A stretch of DNA of 64,000 nucleotides from an uncultured Bacillota bacterium (GTDB taxonomy: Bacteria > Bacillota_I > Bacilli_A > RF39 > UBA660), in contig CAMBIR010000005.1 in assembly GCA_945867665.1 (NCBI GenBank), forward strand, positions 8,659 to 72,658, given 5' to 3'. Shown here piece after piece: positions 37,098-47,448 of the stretch. The notes beneath the pieces were generated by a model. That model was not told the DNA's origin and searched no databases. It worked only from the letters and a program-made list of their open reading frames with translations. The translations under genes were made by a program, and so were the position numbers. Every line of letters begins with the position of its first letter. Within the stretch, counting starts at the first letter, position 1.

Positions 37098-39194
37098 TTA
37101 ACCTACCTTGGTAATACTTCGATGATTTTTAATAAATTTTTTGATGCCGATTGGATGTGGGAAAGCAACTGTAATAATTTTCTTATCAACTGCGGTTACA
37201 ACGCCTTCTCCATAATCTTCGTGTCGGATGTTATCTCCAATGTTATAGTCGACATTGGTGTTTCGATACATTTTTTCTTTATTTATTTTGGCAACTTTGG
37301 TAAAGATAGAGGTTGTTTGTTTTTCTCTTTCTAAGTATTTATCCTCAATTTCATCAATGAAACGACTAGGAGCGTTAACTTGCGTTTGGCCATAAAGCAT
37401 TCTTTTTTTTGTATTAATTATCCATAATTTTTTCTTTGCTCTAGTAATGGCAACATAACACAGTCTTCTTTCTTCTTCAATAGCGTCATTGGTGCCTTCC
37501 ATAATAGAATTATAATGTGGAAATATTCCTTCTTCCATTCCAATAATGAATACATCGTCATATTCTAATCCTTTAACGGAATGAACAGTCATTAGACTGA
37601 CTTTATTGTTTCCTTCATCGTGTTCGGTTACATCAGAGACAAGAGATATTTCATTTAAAAAGTCATCAAGAGAGACTTCTCCATATTCATTTTCATAGTT
37701 TTTAGTAATGGATTTGAATTCTTCAAGGTTTTCTAAACGGATTTCACTTTCTAGTGTTTTTTCTTCTACTAGTTCTTGTTTTAGTCCACTTTTTTCTAGG
37801 ACAAGTTCAACAATTTCTGTTAGAGTTTTATTTTCAGATATCTTTGTTAATTCTTCAATTAGTTGTTTAAAAGCTAGTTCTTTTCCTGAGGTTATGGCCT
37901 CAAACATGGAAGTATTATTTTCTTCTGCTCTGGCAGTTATGTTTGCTATTGTAACATTGCCAATTCCTCTTTTGGGAACGTTAATTACTCTAGATAGGCT
38001 AACATCATCTTTGGGATTATTGATTAATCTTAAATAACATAATAAATCTTTAATTTCTTTTCTGTTATAGAAATAGAAACTACCAATAATGCGATAAGGA
38101 ATATTTGCTTTTAGCATGGCTTCTTCCATTGCTCTTGACTGAGCATTGGTTCTATATAAAATAGCAATGTCATCATAACTTGTCCCTGCTTCTTTTAGTT
38201 TTTTGATTTCTTTTACAACATAGTCTCCTTCTGCTTTTTCATCATCCGTTTTTATATATTTTATTTTATCTCCTTCTTCATTATTGCTCCACAAATTTTT
38301 ATCTTTTCTTAGTTTATTATGTTTAATGACACTATTTGCGGCATTTAGAATCGTTTTTGTGGAACGATAGTTTTCTTCTAGGAGAATGGTCTTGCAATCA
38401 GGATAGTCTTTTTCAAAATTTAGAATATTTTTATAGTTTGCTCCTCTAAAAGCATAAATCGCCTGGTCGTTATCACCTACAACAAAGATATTGCGATATT
38501 TTTTACTAAGCATTTTACTAAATACATACTGTGCCTCATTCGTATCTTGATATTCATCAATTAGAATGTATTGATATCTTTCTTGATAACTATTTAAGAT
38601 ACTTGGACTTATTTCAAATAATTTAATGGGTAAAATTAATAAATCATCAAAATCTACGGAATTTCCTGCTTTTAATTTTTCACAATATTTCTTATATAAA
38701 GTTACTACCTTTTCATCAAATTCCTGTTTTTTAAATTTTTCAGGGGTAATTAATTCATTTTTAGCAGAACTAATTTTACTTCTTAGTTCTCTAGCGTTAT
38801 AATATTTGGGATTCATATTTAAGTCTTTCATTAATTTTTTGACAACGGTTAGGGTATCATCGCTATCCAGGATGATAAAATTTTTTTCATATCCTAAAAA
38901 CTCATAATTTTCTTTTAGAATTTTTAAGCCAAAGGAGTGAAAGGTAGAAATTTGAATATATCTAGCGTCTGGTCCAATTAATTTTGTTACTCTTTCCTTC
39001 ATTTCTCTAGCGGCTTTATTGGTAAAAGTAATGGCTAAGATGTTCGCTGGTGAAATTCCTTGTTCTATTAAGTAGGCAATCCGGTTGGTTAAGACACTTG
39101 TTTTCCCAGAGCCAGCTCCCGCTAAGACTAGCATTGGTCCTTTTTCGTGTACAACAGCTTGTTGTTGATTTTGATTTAAAAAACTAATATCCAT
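37098..39194 (-). CDS. pcrA: ATP-dependent DNA helicase PcrA (UvrD/Rep superfamily 1A)
   Basis: Motif I AGAGSGKT, QQ(Q)AV start, motifs II-VI (DEYQDTN, GDNDQAIY, TVHSVKGLEYD, VAITRAKK) and the C-terminal Tudor-like tail. 698 aa. Confidence 0.9.
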   Translation of the reverse strand: MDISFLNQNQQQAVVHEKGPMLVLAGAGSGKTSVLTNRIAYLIEQGISPANILAITFTNKAAREMKERVTKLIGPDARYIQISTFHSFGLKILKENYEFLGYEKNFIILDSDDTLTVVKKLMKDLNMNPKYYNARELRSKISSAKNELITPEKFKKQEFDEKVVTLYKKYCEKLKAGNSVDFDDLLILPIKLFEISPSILNSYQERYQYILIDEYQDTNEAQYVFSKMLSKKYRNIFVVGDNDQAIYAFRGANYKNILNFEKDYPDCKTILLEENYRSTKTILNAANSVIKHNKLRKDKNLWSNNEEGDKIKYIKTDDEKAEGDYVVKEIKKLKEAGTSYDDIAILYRTNAQSRAMEEAMLKANIPYRIIGSFYFYNRKEIKDLLCYLRLINNPKDDVSLSRVINVPKRGIGNVTIANITARAEENNTSMFEAITSGKELAFKQLIEELTKISENKTLTEIVELVLEKSGLKQELVEEKTLESEIRLENLEEFKSITKNYENEYGEVSLDDFLNEISLVSDVTEHDEGNNKVSLMTVHSVKGLEYDDVFIIGMEEGIFPHYNSIMEGTNDAIEEERRLCYVAITRAKKKLWIINTKKRMLYGQTQVNAPSRFIDEIEDKYLEREKQTTSIFTKVAKINKEKMYRNTNVDYNIGDNIRHEDYGEGVVTAVDKKIITVAFPHPIGIKKFIKNHRSITKVG

Positions 39195-39268
39195 GAAAAT
39201 TCCTCCTTCTTTTAAAATACTTCATTTATATTTTTCCTTTAAAAAAAGATATTTTATCGTAAATATCT

Positions 39269-40324
39269 TTAGATTGTTTGTTCTGTTAAATTATCAATAA
39301 ATGGAATTTTTTCATTTAGATATAATCCTATTTTTTTGTTTTCTAAATTTTTTATTAATTCTTCCTTAGGAATCTCAACAAAACTGTTTCTAGTATAGTT
39401 GAAACTGTAATGTTTTTGGGAAAAATTAATTAATAAGAAATGTTCTTTTTTGTTGTTATTATTAATGTATAGGTTATTCATTGTTATTTTTTCATTTGAA
39501 CAATACTTATTAAAGACTTCTTCAAAGATTATTTTTAATTCAATTGGTTTTAAATTACTTGCTCCGATAGTATCTGCAGTATCATTTAAAATAAGGGAAA
39601 AAATATTTTCTTTACTATAATCTAAGTTTGATAGTATTTTCTCTAACTTATTATCACTATAATCATCCAGGATGTAGGCTATTTTTTTATCTAATATTAA
39701 ATTATCATTATAGCCTGTAAAATTTTTCGTTTTGAAGTTAGCTTGAATGAAAGGAATATCTTGAGTAATATCTGTTATTAGCTCTCTATTTTTGATGGTT
39801 AAGATATTTTTTTGATATCCTAATTGTCCAGTTGTCGTAATTTTACAATTAATCTTCATTATTCGACATAAAAATAAATAAAGTTTACTCAAAGAATGAT
39901 TTGTTCCTTTTCCATAATATAAGCTTCCCCATAAATTGTTGATTGTACTTATATTTTGAAGATTAAAGGTTTCGTTTTTATCTGGTAAAATATTAATGTC
40001 ATAGCTAATATTTTTACCAATTGTAATGTATAAAAATCTAGCAATTTCTAATTCAGATAAAGATGTAGGAATGCTATTGATAATATCTAAAATAAAGTTT
40101 TGTGCCTGTTTAAAAATATCATAAGAGACATAAATATAGCCCTGAATGTCCTCTGAAAGGTCAGAATAGGAATAATTTTCTCCATGTTCTAATAGATAGT
40201 AGATTACTTCTAGACAGGGGGACATGATGTCTAAGTTAATATATTTAATGGAAGGTGTATTTTTTAATTTATTAATATCTTCCATTGTTTTGATGTTCAT
40301 TCTTATTTGGGAGCTATCTTTCAT
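39269..40324 (-). CDS. Hypothetical protein
   Basis: 351-aa Asn/Ile-rich ORF, no recognisable motifs. Confidence 0.45.
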   Translation of the reverse strand: MKDSSQIRMNIKTMEDINKLKNTPSIKYINLDIMSPCLEVIYYLLEHGENYSYSDLSEDIQGYIYVSYDIFKQAQNFILDIINSIPTSLSELEIARFLYITIGKNISYDINILPDKNETFNLQNISTINNLWGSLYYGKGTNHSLSKLYLFLCRIMKINCKITTTGQLGYQKNILTIKNRELITDITQDIPFIQANFKTKNFTGYNDNLILDKKIAYILDDYSDNKLEKILSNLDYSKENIFSLILNDTADTIGASNLKPIELKIIFEEVFNKYCSNEKITMNNLYINNNNKKEHFLLINFSQKHYSFNYTRNSFVEIPKEELIKNLENKKIGLYLNEKIPFIDNLTEQTI

Positions 40325-40417
40325 ACTATCACCATTTTAATTATAGTATAGGTTAGTTAAAAAAGGAACATAATTATACTTTTGGTTTACAAATTTTTAC
40401 TTTTGTTTACTTTAAGT

Positions 40418-40454
40418 AAAATACTGATAAGGGTTTTAGCTCTCATCAGTATTA
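40418..40454 (-). terminator. Terminator hairpin of the AAAATACTGATAAG…CTCATCAGTATT stem family, 3' of hybrid kinase gene
   Basis: 12-bp stem with one mismatch, overlapping the stop codon of 40436..42301. T-rich tail on the minus strand. Confidence 0.5.
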
Positions 40455-42301
40455 TTTTTATTAAAACAATCATCAATTTTTTCTTTAATGATTTCTTTGG
40501 TGAACGGTTTTGTTACACAATCTGTGAATCCTAAGAGTTGATATTTTTCTCTGGCTCCATTTATAGCATCAGCAGTTAGGGCAAGAACTGGCGTGTTAAA
40601 ATTTTTTATTTTCTTTAACTCTTTCATTGCGGTTACGCCACTCATCACAGGCATCATGATATCCATTAGAATAATATCATAATGTTTTTCTTTTACTTTT
40701 CTTAAAGCTTCTTCGCCATTGTAACATTCTTCTACTTCTTTAAAATTTAACCCACTTATTGCCCTTCTTGCTACTTTTATATTTAATTTATTATCATCAA
40801 CAATTAAGATACTTTTATCTTGGTAAGAAATCTGATTTTCGAGTGATTCTTGATTTTTGGCTTGATTTTTTAACTTTGGTGGAGAGGAAATTTTTTGAGG
40901 AAGGGTTACCATAAACATCGAGCCTTTTCCGAATGTTGATTCAACATTTATTTTTCCCCCTAATAATTCGACTAATTTTTTCGTAATTGCAAGGCCTAAT
41001 CCTGTTCCTTCAGTTGTCGTATTTTTTTCAATATCTAGACGTTCAAATTTATGAAATAGTTTGTCAATATACTCTTTTTTTATTCCTCTTCCGGTATCAC
41101 TAACGGTAATTAATAAAACAGTTGTTACTTTTTTATTGATACATTTGATATTTAATTCTATTGTTCCTTTATCGGTATATTTTATTGCATTGGATAGTAA
41201 ATTATTTAGAATTTGTTTTACGTGGATTTTGTCGCCTTTTAAGTATTCTGGAATATCAGGAGCCATATTTAGTTGATAATCAATTGGCTTGGCACCTATT
41301 CTTGTTCCATTAATTTTAAATAAAGTTTCAACTTCTTCTTTGAAGTTATAGACAACTTCTGTTATTTCTAGCTTGTCACTTTCAATTTTATTGATGTCCA
41401 TAATATTTCCTACAATTTCTAGAAGGGTATGGGATGCTGAAATAACATCATCGACATCTTCTTTCATACTAGTTGGTAATTCTTTATTATCTGCCATATC
41501 TTCGCATAGTCCTACTATTGCATTTAGAGGTGTTCTTATCTCGTGAGACATTGAAGATAAGAAGTCACTTTTCGCAGTATTGGCTTTTTCGGCTTGTTCT
41601 CTTGCAATATTTAATTCTTCTATCATTTTAATGTCAGGATTTTCAATAGTAAAATACATTAGATTAGTTACGATAGCAAATGATGATGAGATGATTAGAA
41701 ATCCTGGATTTAAGGCTCTTATCCCTAATGCCAATGTCATAACTAAAATGAATGCCAGTACAGGAATATATTTGTTTTTCTTTTCTTTATTTATTCTATT
41801 AATGTAGCATATTATCCAACTAACAAGATAAAATAAAACAATTATGTACAATAAATTTGCACTCATTCCATAAGAATATACAATGTTATTTCTATGATAA
41901 TAATTTAGTGGTAAAAATAATAATAAACTTACTATAATAAACCATAGAATAACAAATGCAATTCCTTTTTTTTGATGGAAATTTAATTTTTCTTCCTTTC
42001 TTTTAAAAGATATGGAGTAAATATATAATGTAAATAATGATTGCCAAAGAAAGATTGTAATAAGAAACAAACGATTAATTAACTCTGTTAAAAAAGGAAT
42101 TTTTTCTAGGTTGGATACTGTTATGCAGCAGAGAATTTCCATAATTAAATTTATTATATTTACAATAATAATATTTCCATATAAATCGGTTTCTAGATTA
42201 TGAATTCTTTTTTTATTAAAATAAATTATTCCAATAAAAACACTATAAATTAAGTTGCAAGTAATTGTTGCAAGACCTAAATACATAAAAAACACCTCCA
42301 T
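40436..42301 (-). CDS. Hybrid sensor histidine kinase / response regulator (polytopic N-term, HisKA, HATPase_c, C-terminal REC)
   Basis: H-box [15 protein letters not shown] boxes ([14 protein letters not shown]), C-terminal receiver ILIVDDN...[10 protein letters not shown]. The true start is probably the second Met (about 42286), preceded by an in-frame GGAGGTG RBS. Confidence 0.8.
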   Translation of the reverse strand: MEVFFMYLGLATITCNLIYSVFIGIIYFNKKRIHNLETDLYGNIIIVNIINLIMEILCCITVSNLEKIPFLTELINRLFLITIFLWQSLFTLYIYSISFKRKEEKLNFHQKKGIAFVILWFIIVSLLLFLPLNYYHRNNIVYSYGMSANLLYIIVLFYLVSWIICYINRINKEKKNKYIPVLAFILVMTLALGIRALNPGFLIISSSFAIVTNLMYFTIENPDIKMIEELNIAREQAEKANTAKSDFLSSMSHEIRTPLNAIVGLCEDMADNKELPTSMKEDVDDVISASHTLLEIVGNIMDINKIESDKLEITEVVYNFKEEVETLFKINGTRIGAKPIDYQLNMAPDIPEYLKGDKIHVKQILNNLLSNAIKYTDKGTIELNIKCINKKVTTVLLITVSDTGRGIKKEYIDKLFHKFERLDIEKNTTTEGTGLGLAITKKLVELLGGKINVESTFGKGSMFMVTLPQKISSPPKLKNQAKNQESLENQISYQDKSILIVDDNKLNIKVARRAISGLNFKEVEECYNGEEALRKVKEKHYDIILMDIMMPVMSGVTAMKELKKIKNFNTPVLALTADAINGAREKYQLLGFTDCVTKPFTKEIIKEKIDDCFNKNNTDES

Positions 42302-42350
42302 ATGTTCTTTAAGATAAGTATAACATATGAAAGTTTTTTTTAAAATAAAT

Positions 42351-44189
42351 TTATTTTTCTTTTTTGGTTAAAGACTTTATTTTTCCTTTTTTTGAATTTT
42401 CTATCATCTTTAGAGCTTGTGTATCTATTTTTCCAATAGCAGTTACGGGGAATTTATCAATTACTTGGTAAGAATATGGTAAGGAATATTCAGCTAAATT
42501 TTTTTGGCATAATTCTTCTATTTCTTTTAATATTTGTGCTTGATCTTTGGTAGGATCCTTTAAAATAATATATGCTTTAGGTAATTCTCCTTGAATTTCA
42601 CTATAATCTCTGCATCCTACTACTTTACATTCTGATACTTCTTTATGTGATAAAATAATTTCTTCAATTGAGGAAGGATAAACTTTAAATCCATCTGGTC
42701 TAATAATCATTTCTTTATATCTTCCTTCGACAAATAAGATACCATCTTGATCAAAATACCCTAAATCTCCAGAATAAATTATAGGTATTTCTAATTCATT
42801 ATGAAGAATTTTTTTCTCTTCTTTTAAATTATTATAATATCCTAACATCACATTTGGGCCAGAAATTCTAACTTCTCCTTTATAATTATAAGGTAATTCC
42901 TGATTGGTTTTTGGATCATATATTCCTAGATTACATTTATGAAGGGGAATACCTACACTTTTTAGTTTATTTACTTCATTATTTATGCACACTGAAACTG
43001 CTGCATCTACTTCACTCATTCCATAACCTTTTATAATTTTGGTTTGGCAATGATGTGATTTTAAAAATTCATTTACTTGCCTTTCCAGCGTATAGTCCAT
43101 TTTATCTCCGCCTACAATTGGTGTCTTGATAAAAGATAAATCTTCATTTTGTAATTTTTTACTGGATAATAGGTAACCATAATGTGAAGGTACTCCCGCC
43201 ATATAATTTGGCTTATGTTTAAGTAAAATTTCGTCATATTTAGATGGATCAAATTTTGGCATTAAAATAACTTTCATGTTCATTGATAGAGGTAAGTGTA
43301 AGCCGTTTCCCACACCATAAACGATAAATGGAGGCATGATATCTAGCCATGTTCCATGATCTTTAAAATCAAGTCCACTAATTTCACATTGGTAAGCACA
43401 GCAATTGATATTATCATTAGATAAAATTACTCCCTTTGCTTTTCCTGTTGTTCCTCCCGTATGAACGATGGTTACAGGCATGTTTTCTTCATATTTTACT
43501 TCTTTTACTTCTGGATTTCTTTTCTTTAAAAAAGTCTTCCAGTCTATAACTTCTTTTGTATCCATAAATCTTTTTTCTTTACTAGCAATTTTATCTTTTA
43601 ACTTCAGTATTTTTTGAATTGGTGCTTTAAAACTTTCGTAAGGCGTAATAATAACAACTTCTTCAACAGAAGTATTTTTCTTTAAATTTTTATATTTTTC
43701 GTTTGTTGCATCTATTCCAAAGAAAATTTTTGAATGAACTTCATCAGCATATTCTTCTAGTTCAGTAGCACTTTTTCGTGGATCAATCATATTTGAGATT
43801 GCTCCAATTTTCGAAAGAGCATAGAACAGAAAAACCATTTCTGGAGTTGTTGGCATAGAAATTGTTACAATATCTCCTTTTTTGACATTCATTGCTACTA
43901 GAGATTCTGCTGTTTGATCAATCTTTTCAATCAATTGTTTATAAGTTAATTGATTTCCAAAATATTCGATTGCTATTCTATTTAGATTATCTTTATTTTT
44001 TTCTTTTAAATATCCATAGATGGTATTTTTAGGCATGTCACTTTTGATTACTTCCTCGCTATAATATTTTAACCAAGGTTTGTCAATACTAGCATAGCCT
44101 GTTGGTGGGCCTTGAATTTTCCCTAAAGATAAGTCTCTTAGATATAAATCTCTTAATTTTTCTTCATTTAAATTTAAATTTTTAATCAT
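42351..44189 (-). CDS. AMP-binding (adenylate-forming) enzyme, acyl-CoA synthetase-like
   Basis: AMP-binding motif [15 protein letters not shown], and adenylation core motifs ([29 protein letters not shown]). 612 aa. Confidence 0.75.
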   Translation of the reverse strand: MIKNLNLNEEKLRDLYLRDLSLGKIQGPPTGYASIDKPWLKYYSEEVIKSDMPKNTIYGYLKEKNKDNLNRIAIEYFGNQLTYKQLIEKIDQTAESLVAMNVKKGDIVTISMPTTPEMVFLFYALSKIGAISNMIDPRKSATELEEYADEVHSKIFFGIDATNEKYKNLKKNTSVEEVVIITPYESFKAPIQKILKLKDKIASKEKRFMDTKEVIDWKTFLKKRNPEVKEVKYEENMPVTIVHTGGTTGKAKGVILSNDNINCCAYQCEISGLDFKDHGTWLDIMPPFIVYGVGNGLHLPLSMNMKVILMPKFDPSKYDEILLKHKPNYMAGVPSHYGYLLSSKKLQNEDLSFIKTPIVGGDKMDYTLERQVNEFLKSHHCQTKIIKGYGMSEVDAAVSVCINNEVNKLKSVGIPLHKCNLGIYDPKTNQELPYNYKGEVRISGPNVMLGYYNNLKEEKKILHNELEIPIIYSGDLGYFDQDGILFVEGRYKEMIIRPDGFKVYPSSIEEIILSHKEVSECKVVGCRDYSEIQGELPKAYIILKDPTKDQAQILKEIEELCQKNLAEYSLPYSYQVIDKFPVTAIGKIDTQALKMIENSKKGKIKSLTKKEK

Positions 44190-44340
44190 GGTTACTCCTC
44201 ACTTCTAAAAAATTTGAACTTTATTTTATTTGTAAGTTTACTAGTTGGCTTCATTTCTAATTAAATATAGCATTTTTTCTTTTTAAAAGATATTTATTTT
44301 TCTTATAGTTAACAAAAAATGCTTTTCTAGAGTTTTAGTA

Positions 44341-44964
44341 TTAATTATTTTTTGTATAAGTAGATGATACTTTGATGAAAGACTTGATAAAATCTTTAGA
44401 ACGGGCTAGAATTTCCCGTATTTCCCTTGTCTCTTGATTGGTGTACTCCCTTTGATTAGCAGGATATCCATACGCATTAATATCTAGAGATGAGGCAATA
44501 TAAAGTGCTCTATATAGATGGTATTTTTGTGTAACGATTAAAATATTCTTAGCGTGGTAAATATATTTTGCACGGTAAAGGCTATCATAGGTTGATATTC
44601 CAAAATTATCCATTATGATATCTTCTTCTGGAATATTATTTTCTAATAAGTATTTTTTCATTACATTTACTTCATCATAATCGTCCCTAATATGATCACC
44701 GCTTACTAAAATTTTAGTGGCTGTTTTGTTTTGATAGAGTAAAATACTTAATTTTAATCTATCTTCTAACATGGGACTTGGTCTTTTATTTTTAATTCCA
44801 GCTCCTAAGACTAAGATAAAATCAATATTTTTTAAAGTGTTTTGTTCTTTATTTGTTAGTATTTTATCTTTAGTAGATATTATCATATAAAAATTGGTTA
44901 TTAGGAAAAAAGATATGACTAAGATAGCAATTATCTTTAAGTATTTTAATTGTTTAGAAAACAT
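44341..44964 (-). CDS. DUF218 (SanA/YdcF/ElyC-like) membrane protein
   Basis: N-terminal TM. LGAGIKNKRPSPMLEDRLKLSILLYQNKTATKILVSGDH matches the DUF218 core. Confidence 0.65.
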   Translation of the reverse strand: MFSKQLKYLKIIAILVISFFLITNFYMIISTKDKILTNKEQNTLKNIDFILVLGAGIKNKRPSPMLEDRLKLSILLYQNKTATKILVSGDHIRDDYDEVNVMKKYLLENNIPEEDIIMDNFGISTYDSLYRAKYIYHAKNILIVTQKYHLYRALYIASSLDINAYGYPANQREYTNQETREIREILARSKDFIKSFIKVSSTYTKNN

Positions 44965-45038
44965 TTTACAACCACCCTTCTTATAGTAAAAAATAAATTT
45001 ATTTATGTGGAAATTATATCATGAATAAAAAAAATCTC

Positions 45039-45062
45039 AACTTATAGTTAGTGAGACATTTT
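45039..45062 (-). terminator. Terminator hairpin 3' of cold-shock gene
   Basis: TCTCAAC…GTGAGAC hairpin flanked by A8 (T8 on minus strand). Confidence 0.45.
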
Positions 45063-45200
45063 TATTATAAATTAGGTTTTAATATATATCTTATCTTTTT
45101 ATCGACTGGGGATAAAACGTCTTGAAAGATAGCTACTTTTTTTCCTCTTAATTCTATATCTTCATTATCTTTTAATAAAGTATGTACGCGAATTGGCAAA

Positions 45201-45419
45201 CTAATCTACCCCCACATATTGATTACAAGTTTCTACATTTTTTGCTTGATAACCTTTAGAGGTATTAATTAAGTTAAAAGTGACTTCTTGTCCTTGAGAT
45301 AATGTTTTATAACCATCCGCTTTTATGGCGGAGTAATGTACGAATATGTCTTCTCCTTCATTGTATTCTATAAAACCAAACCCCTTGGCATCATTGAACC
45401 ACTTTACTCTACTTTTCAT
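45201..45419 (-). CDS. cspA: Cold-shock protein (CspA family)
   Basis: RNP1/RNP2 motifs KWFNDAKGFGFI and VHYSAI, about 70 aa. Confidence 0.85.
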   Translation of the reverse strand: MKSRVKWFNDAKGFGFIEYNEGEDIFVHYSAIKADGYKTLSQGQEVTFNLINTSKGYQAKNVETCNQYVGVD

Positions 45420-45466
45420 TCTTTGTTCCTCCTTCGTACTACTCTTTCATTATCCCATATCTTATC

Positions 45467-45514
45467 TAGAAAAAACTGTAAATTTTATGTATTATTTTTT
45501 AGAAAAAACTGTAA
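45467..45514 (-). promoter_or_regulatory. Two identical 15-bp direct repeats TAGAAAAAACTGTAA (33-bp periodicity) in the cold-shock gene upstream region
   Basis: Copies at 45467-45481 and 45500-45514, located 48-95 nt upstream of the csp start codon (minus strand). Confidence 0.45.
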
Positions 45515-45543
45515 CATTTCTGTAATAATAACTATAAATAATT

Positions 45544-45810
45544 TTACTTATTTTTTAATAAATCTTTCTTGTTTTTGCATCTTTTGGGTAGTATATTACT
45601 ATTAATTTGGGTGGCATCATATAATTTTTTCAAAGTGGCGATTTCTTTATTTACTTGGTCAACGCTTAAGTTTAATTCTTGTGCTTGTTTGACAATGCTA
45701 TAGCCTTTGGCTCTGGTTCGCATGATGTATTCTTGTCTTTTATTTAAGTTTCCTTCTTTAATGAAGGTTTCTAATACTGATTTTGTCCACAATATTTGTC
45801 TTGTCATCAT
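45544..45810 (-). CDS. Small HTH protein resembling sigma-70 region 4 (ArpU/phage-type late regulator-like)
   Basis: 88 aa. LNKRQEYIMRTRAKGYSIVKQAQELNLSVDQVNKEIATLKK has the region-4 HTH pattern. Adjacent to tRNA-Trp. Confidence 0.45.
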   Translation of the reverse strand: MMTRQILWTKSVLETFIKEGNLNKRQEYIMRTRAKGYSIVKQAQELNLSVDQVNKEIATLKKLYDATQINSNILPKRCKNKKDLLKNK

Positions 45811-46012
45811 CTATCTCCTTTTTTAGAAACATTTTTTATCATTTTACTATAGGAAAATGTTGTATGACATAGAAAAAAATATACAATTTTGTCTATTTTC
45901 TGTAAACGATTATTTTTTTACCATTGGTTAATATTGGCTTTTTTCATAAAAAGTTAGAAAAGTAGTTGAAAATTTATCTTTTTTATGATAAATTATAGTT
46001 ATCTTGTTTTTA

Positions 46013-46087
46013 GGAGTGTAGTTCAGTTGGTAGAACGTCGGTCTCCAAAACCGAATGTCGTGAGTTCAAGTCTTGCCACTCCTGCCA
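46013..46087 (+). tRNA. trnW: tRNA-Trp (anticodon CCA)
   Basis: Cloverleaf with 7-bp acceptor stem AGGAGTG/CACTCCT, D arm containing GTTCAGTTGGTAGAAC, anticodon stem TCGGT/ACCGA with loop CTCCAAA, T arm with GTTCAAGTC, discriminator G plus encoded CCA. Followed by terminator hairpin GAATTCCCAAATGGGAATT and a T-run. Upstream TTGAAA-17-TAAATT promoter-like element at 45966-45994. Confidence 0.85.
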
Positions 46088-46095
46088 TTTTTAAA

Positions 46096-46120
46096 ATTGA
46101 ATTCCCAAATGGGAATTTTT
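46096..46120 (+). terminator. Intrinsic terminator after tRNA-Trp
   Basis: GAATTCCCA-AA-TGGGAATT followed by TTTTTTTAT. Confidence 0.65.
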
Positions 46121-46204
46121 TTATTTCCCCAATATGATAATTATCATTATAGAAATAAATTTTAAAGGAAACAGTATTTTGCTGAATACTGTTTCCTTTT
46201 TTGT

Positions 46205-46480
46205 TTAATTCTTTGGTGGAATAACACTATTTACTATATTCGTAATTACTTCCCATTCTTCTTTTGTTGTTGGTTCTCCTAAATATGGACTTGGTAAGTT
46301 AGTGTCATAGATGGCTGCATAAAATCTTAATCTGTTATTACTATCTAAGGTGTTATCTGTATAAATAACGTAGTCTTTGTTATTATTTGGATTTTTAAAG
46401 GTTAAAATAATATCATATTCTACTTTTGTGCCATTAGATAAAATTGTGGATATTTTCTTTCTATCTGACATGACTTTCAC
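46205..46480 (-). CDS. DUF1292-like small protein (second paralog)
   Basis: 91 aa. KISTILSNGTKVEYDIILTF...KDYVIY...RFYAAIYD...EPTTKEEWEVITNIVNSV follows the same DUF1292 pattern as 28689..28973. Confidence 0.5.
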   Translation of the reverse strand: MKVMSDRKKISTILSNGTKVEYDIILTFKNPNNNKDYVIYTDNTLDSNNRLRFYAAIYDTNLPSPYLGEPTTKEEWEVITNIVNSVIPPKN

Positions 46481-46847
46481 CTTCTTTAGTTAATTTTTTA
46501 ATTAATCCTTGACGCTCTGTATTAATTTTTGATAATTCTTCTGTTGTAGTTGTTTCTTTTTGAATGAATTCTTGAATATCCATATTTCTTTTTTCTACTA
46601 GTTGATAGACTTGGTTATTTAGTTCTAGTAATCTGGTATAATCCTCATTGGAGATAGTGATTGTTGCTTTAGATTTTGGAGTGGTGCTCATGTTACTTTG
46701 AATTAAATCTTGTAATTGAAGATTTTTGGTATTCAAAATTGTGGATAAATCTAAGTTAGTATTATTATTTAAATAAAATGTATAAATACTTCCTCTTAAA
46801 ATGATGGGATTTTCTGGAATGTAGTATGTTGTTATTTGTGTGTTCAT
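46461..46847 (-). CDS. Hypothetical protein (overlaps downstream DUF1292-like gene by 20 nt)
   Basis: 128-aa ORF, unknown. Confidence 0.4.
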   Translation of the reverse strand: MNTQITTYYIPENPIILRGSIYTFYLNNNTNLDLSTILNTKNLQLQDLIQSNMSTTPKSKATITISNEDYTRLLELNNQVYQLVEKRNMDIQEFIQKETTTTEELSKINTERQGLIKKLTKEGESHVR

Positions 46848-46944
46848 TGATATCCTCCTTTTCTACTAATATGGCTTATTTCTTTGATAATTATTTATTT
46901 TTTTGGTGGTTTGTGCTAAAATCATGATAGGAGGAGTTTAGAGA

Positions 46945-47316
46945 ATGAAGAAATTTTTAATTTTATTTTTTTGTATATGCTTGTTAAGTGGTTGTGGTAG
47001 TGAAAAAAATACTAAACAAGATAGTTACTCTGTTAACTATATGGAGGCTAAGGAAAAAATTATTAATGATGGTGCTATCCTTTTAGATGTTAGGTCAGAA
47101 GAGGAATATAATGTTAAACATATTGATGGTGCTAGTTTGCTTCCTTTAGACAAGATTGATAGTGATAGTATTGCCGCAATTGTTAATGATAAGAATAGTC
47201 CTATTATTGTTTATTGTAAGAGTGGCAATCGAAGTCATCAAGCTTTATTAAAATTACAAGAGTTAGGTTATAGTAAAGTTTATGATTTAGGGGCAATGAG
47301 TAATTGGGAAGAATAG
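46945..47316 (+). CDS. Rhodanese-domain lipoprotein
   Basis: Lipobox LLSGCGS after signal peptide. Rhodanese active-site loop CKSGNRS. 123 aa. Followed by two tandem hairpin terminators. Confidence 0.8.
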   Translation: MKKFLILFFCICLLSGCGSEKNTKQDSYSVNYMEAKEKIINDGAILLDVRSEEEYNVKHIDGASLLPLDKIDSDSIAAIVNDKNSPIIVYCKSGNRSHQALLKLQELGYSKVYDLGAMSNWEE

Positions 47317-47320
47317 AGTT

Positions 47321-47396
47321 ATCCACAGGTAACTGTGGATAACTCTTTTTAAAGTAAAAACAATATAAGTATTTTTTACCTATATTGTTTATTTTT
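47321..47396. terminator. Two tandem hairpin terminators between rhodanese gene (+) and FIST gene (-)
   Basis: Perfect 12-bp stem AGTTATCCACAG/CTGTGGATAACT (47321-47348) followed by TCTTTTT. Second hairpin AAACAATATA/TATATTGTTT (47358-47390) followed by ATTTTTT. Confidence 0.65.
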
Positions 47397-47448
47397 TCGT
47401 ATTTTTTTGTATGAAGGTACTTATCTTGTAGCCTAACCTTTTTTCTTT

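Noticed and set aside
37098-39194. UvrD-like helicase as part of a defence system (Gabija/Hachiman-like)
   Set aside because: The protein has the full-length PcrA motif set and C-terminal Tudor tail and is the only SF1A helicase here. No nuclease/ATPase partner was found, so it is the housekeeping pcrA.
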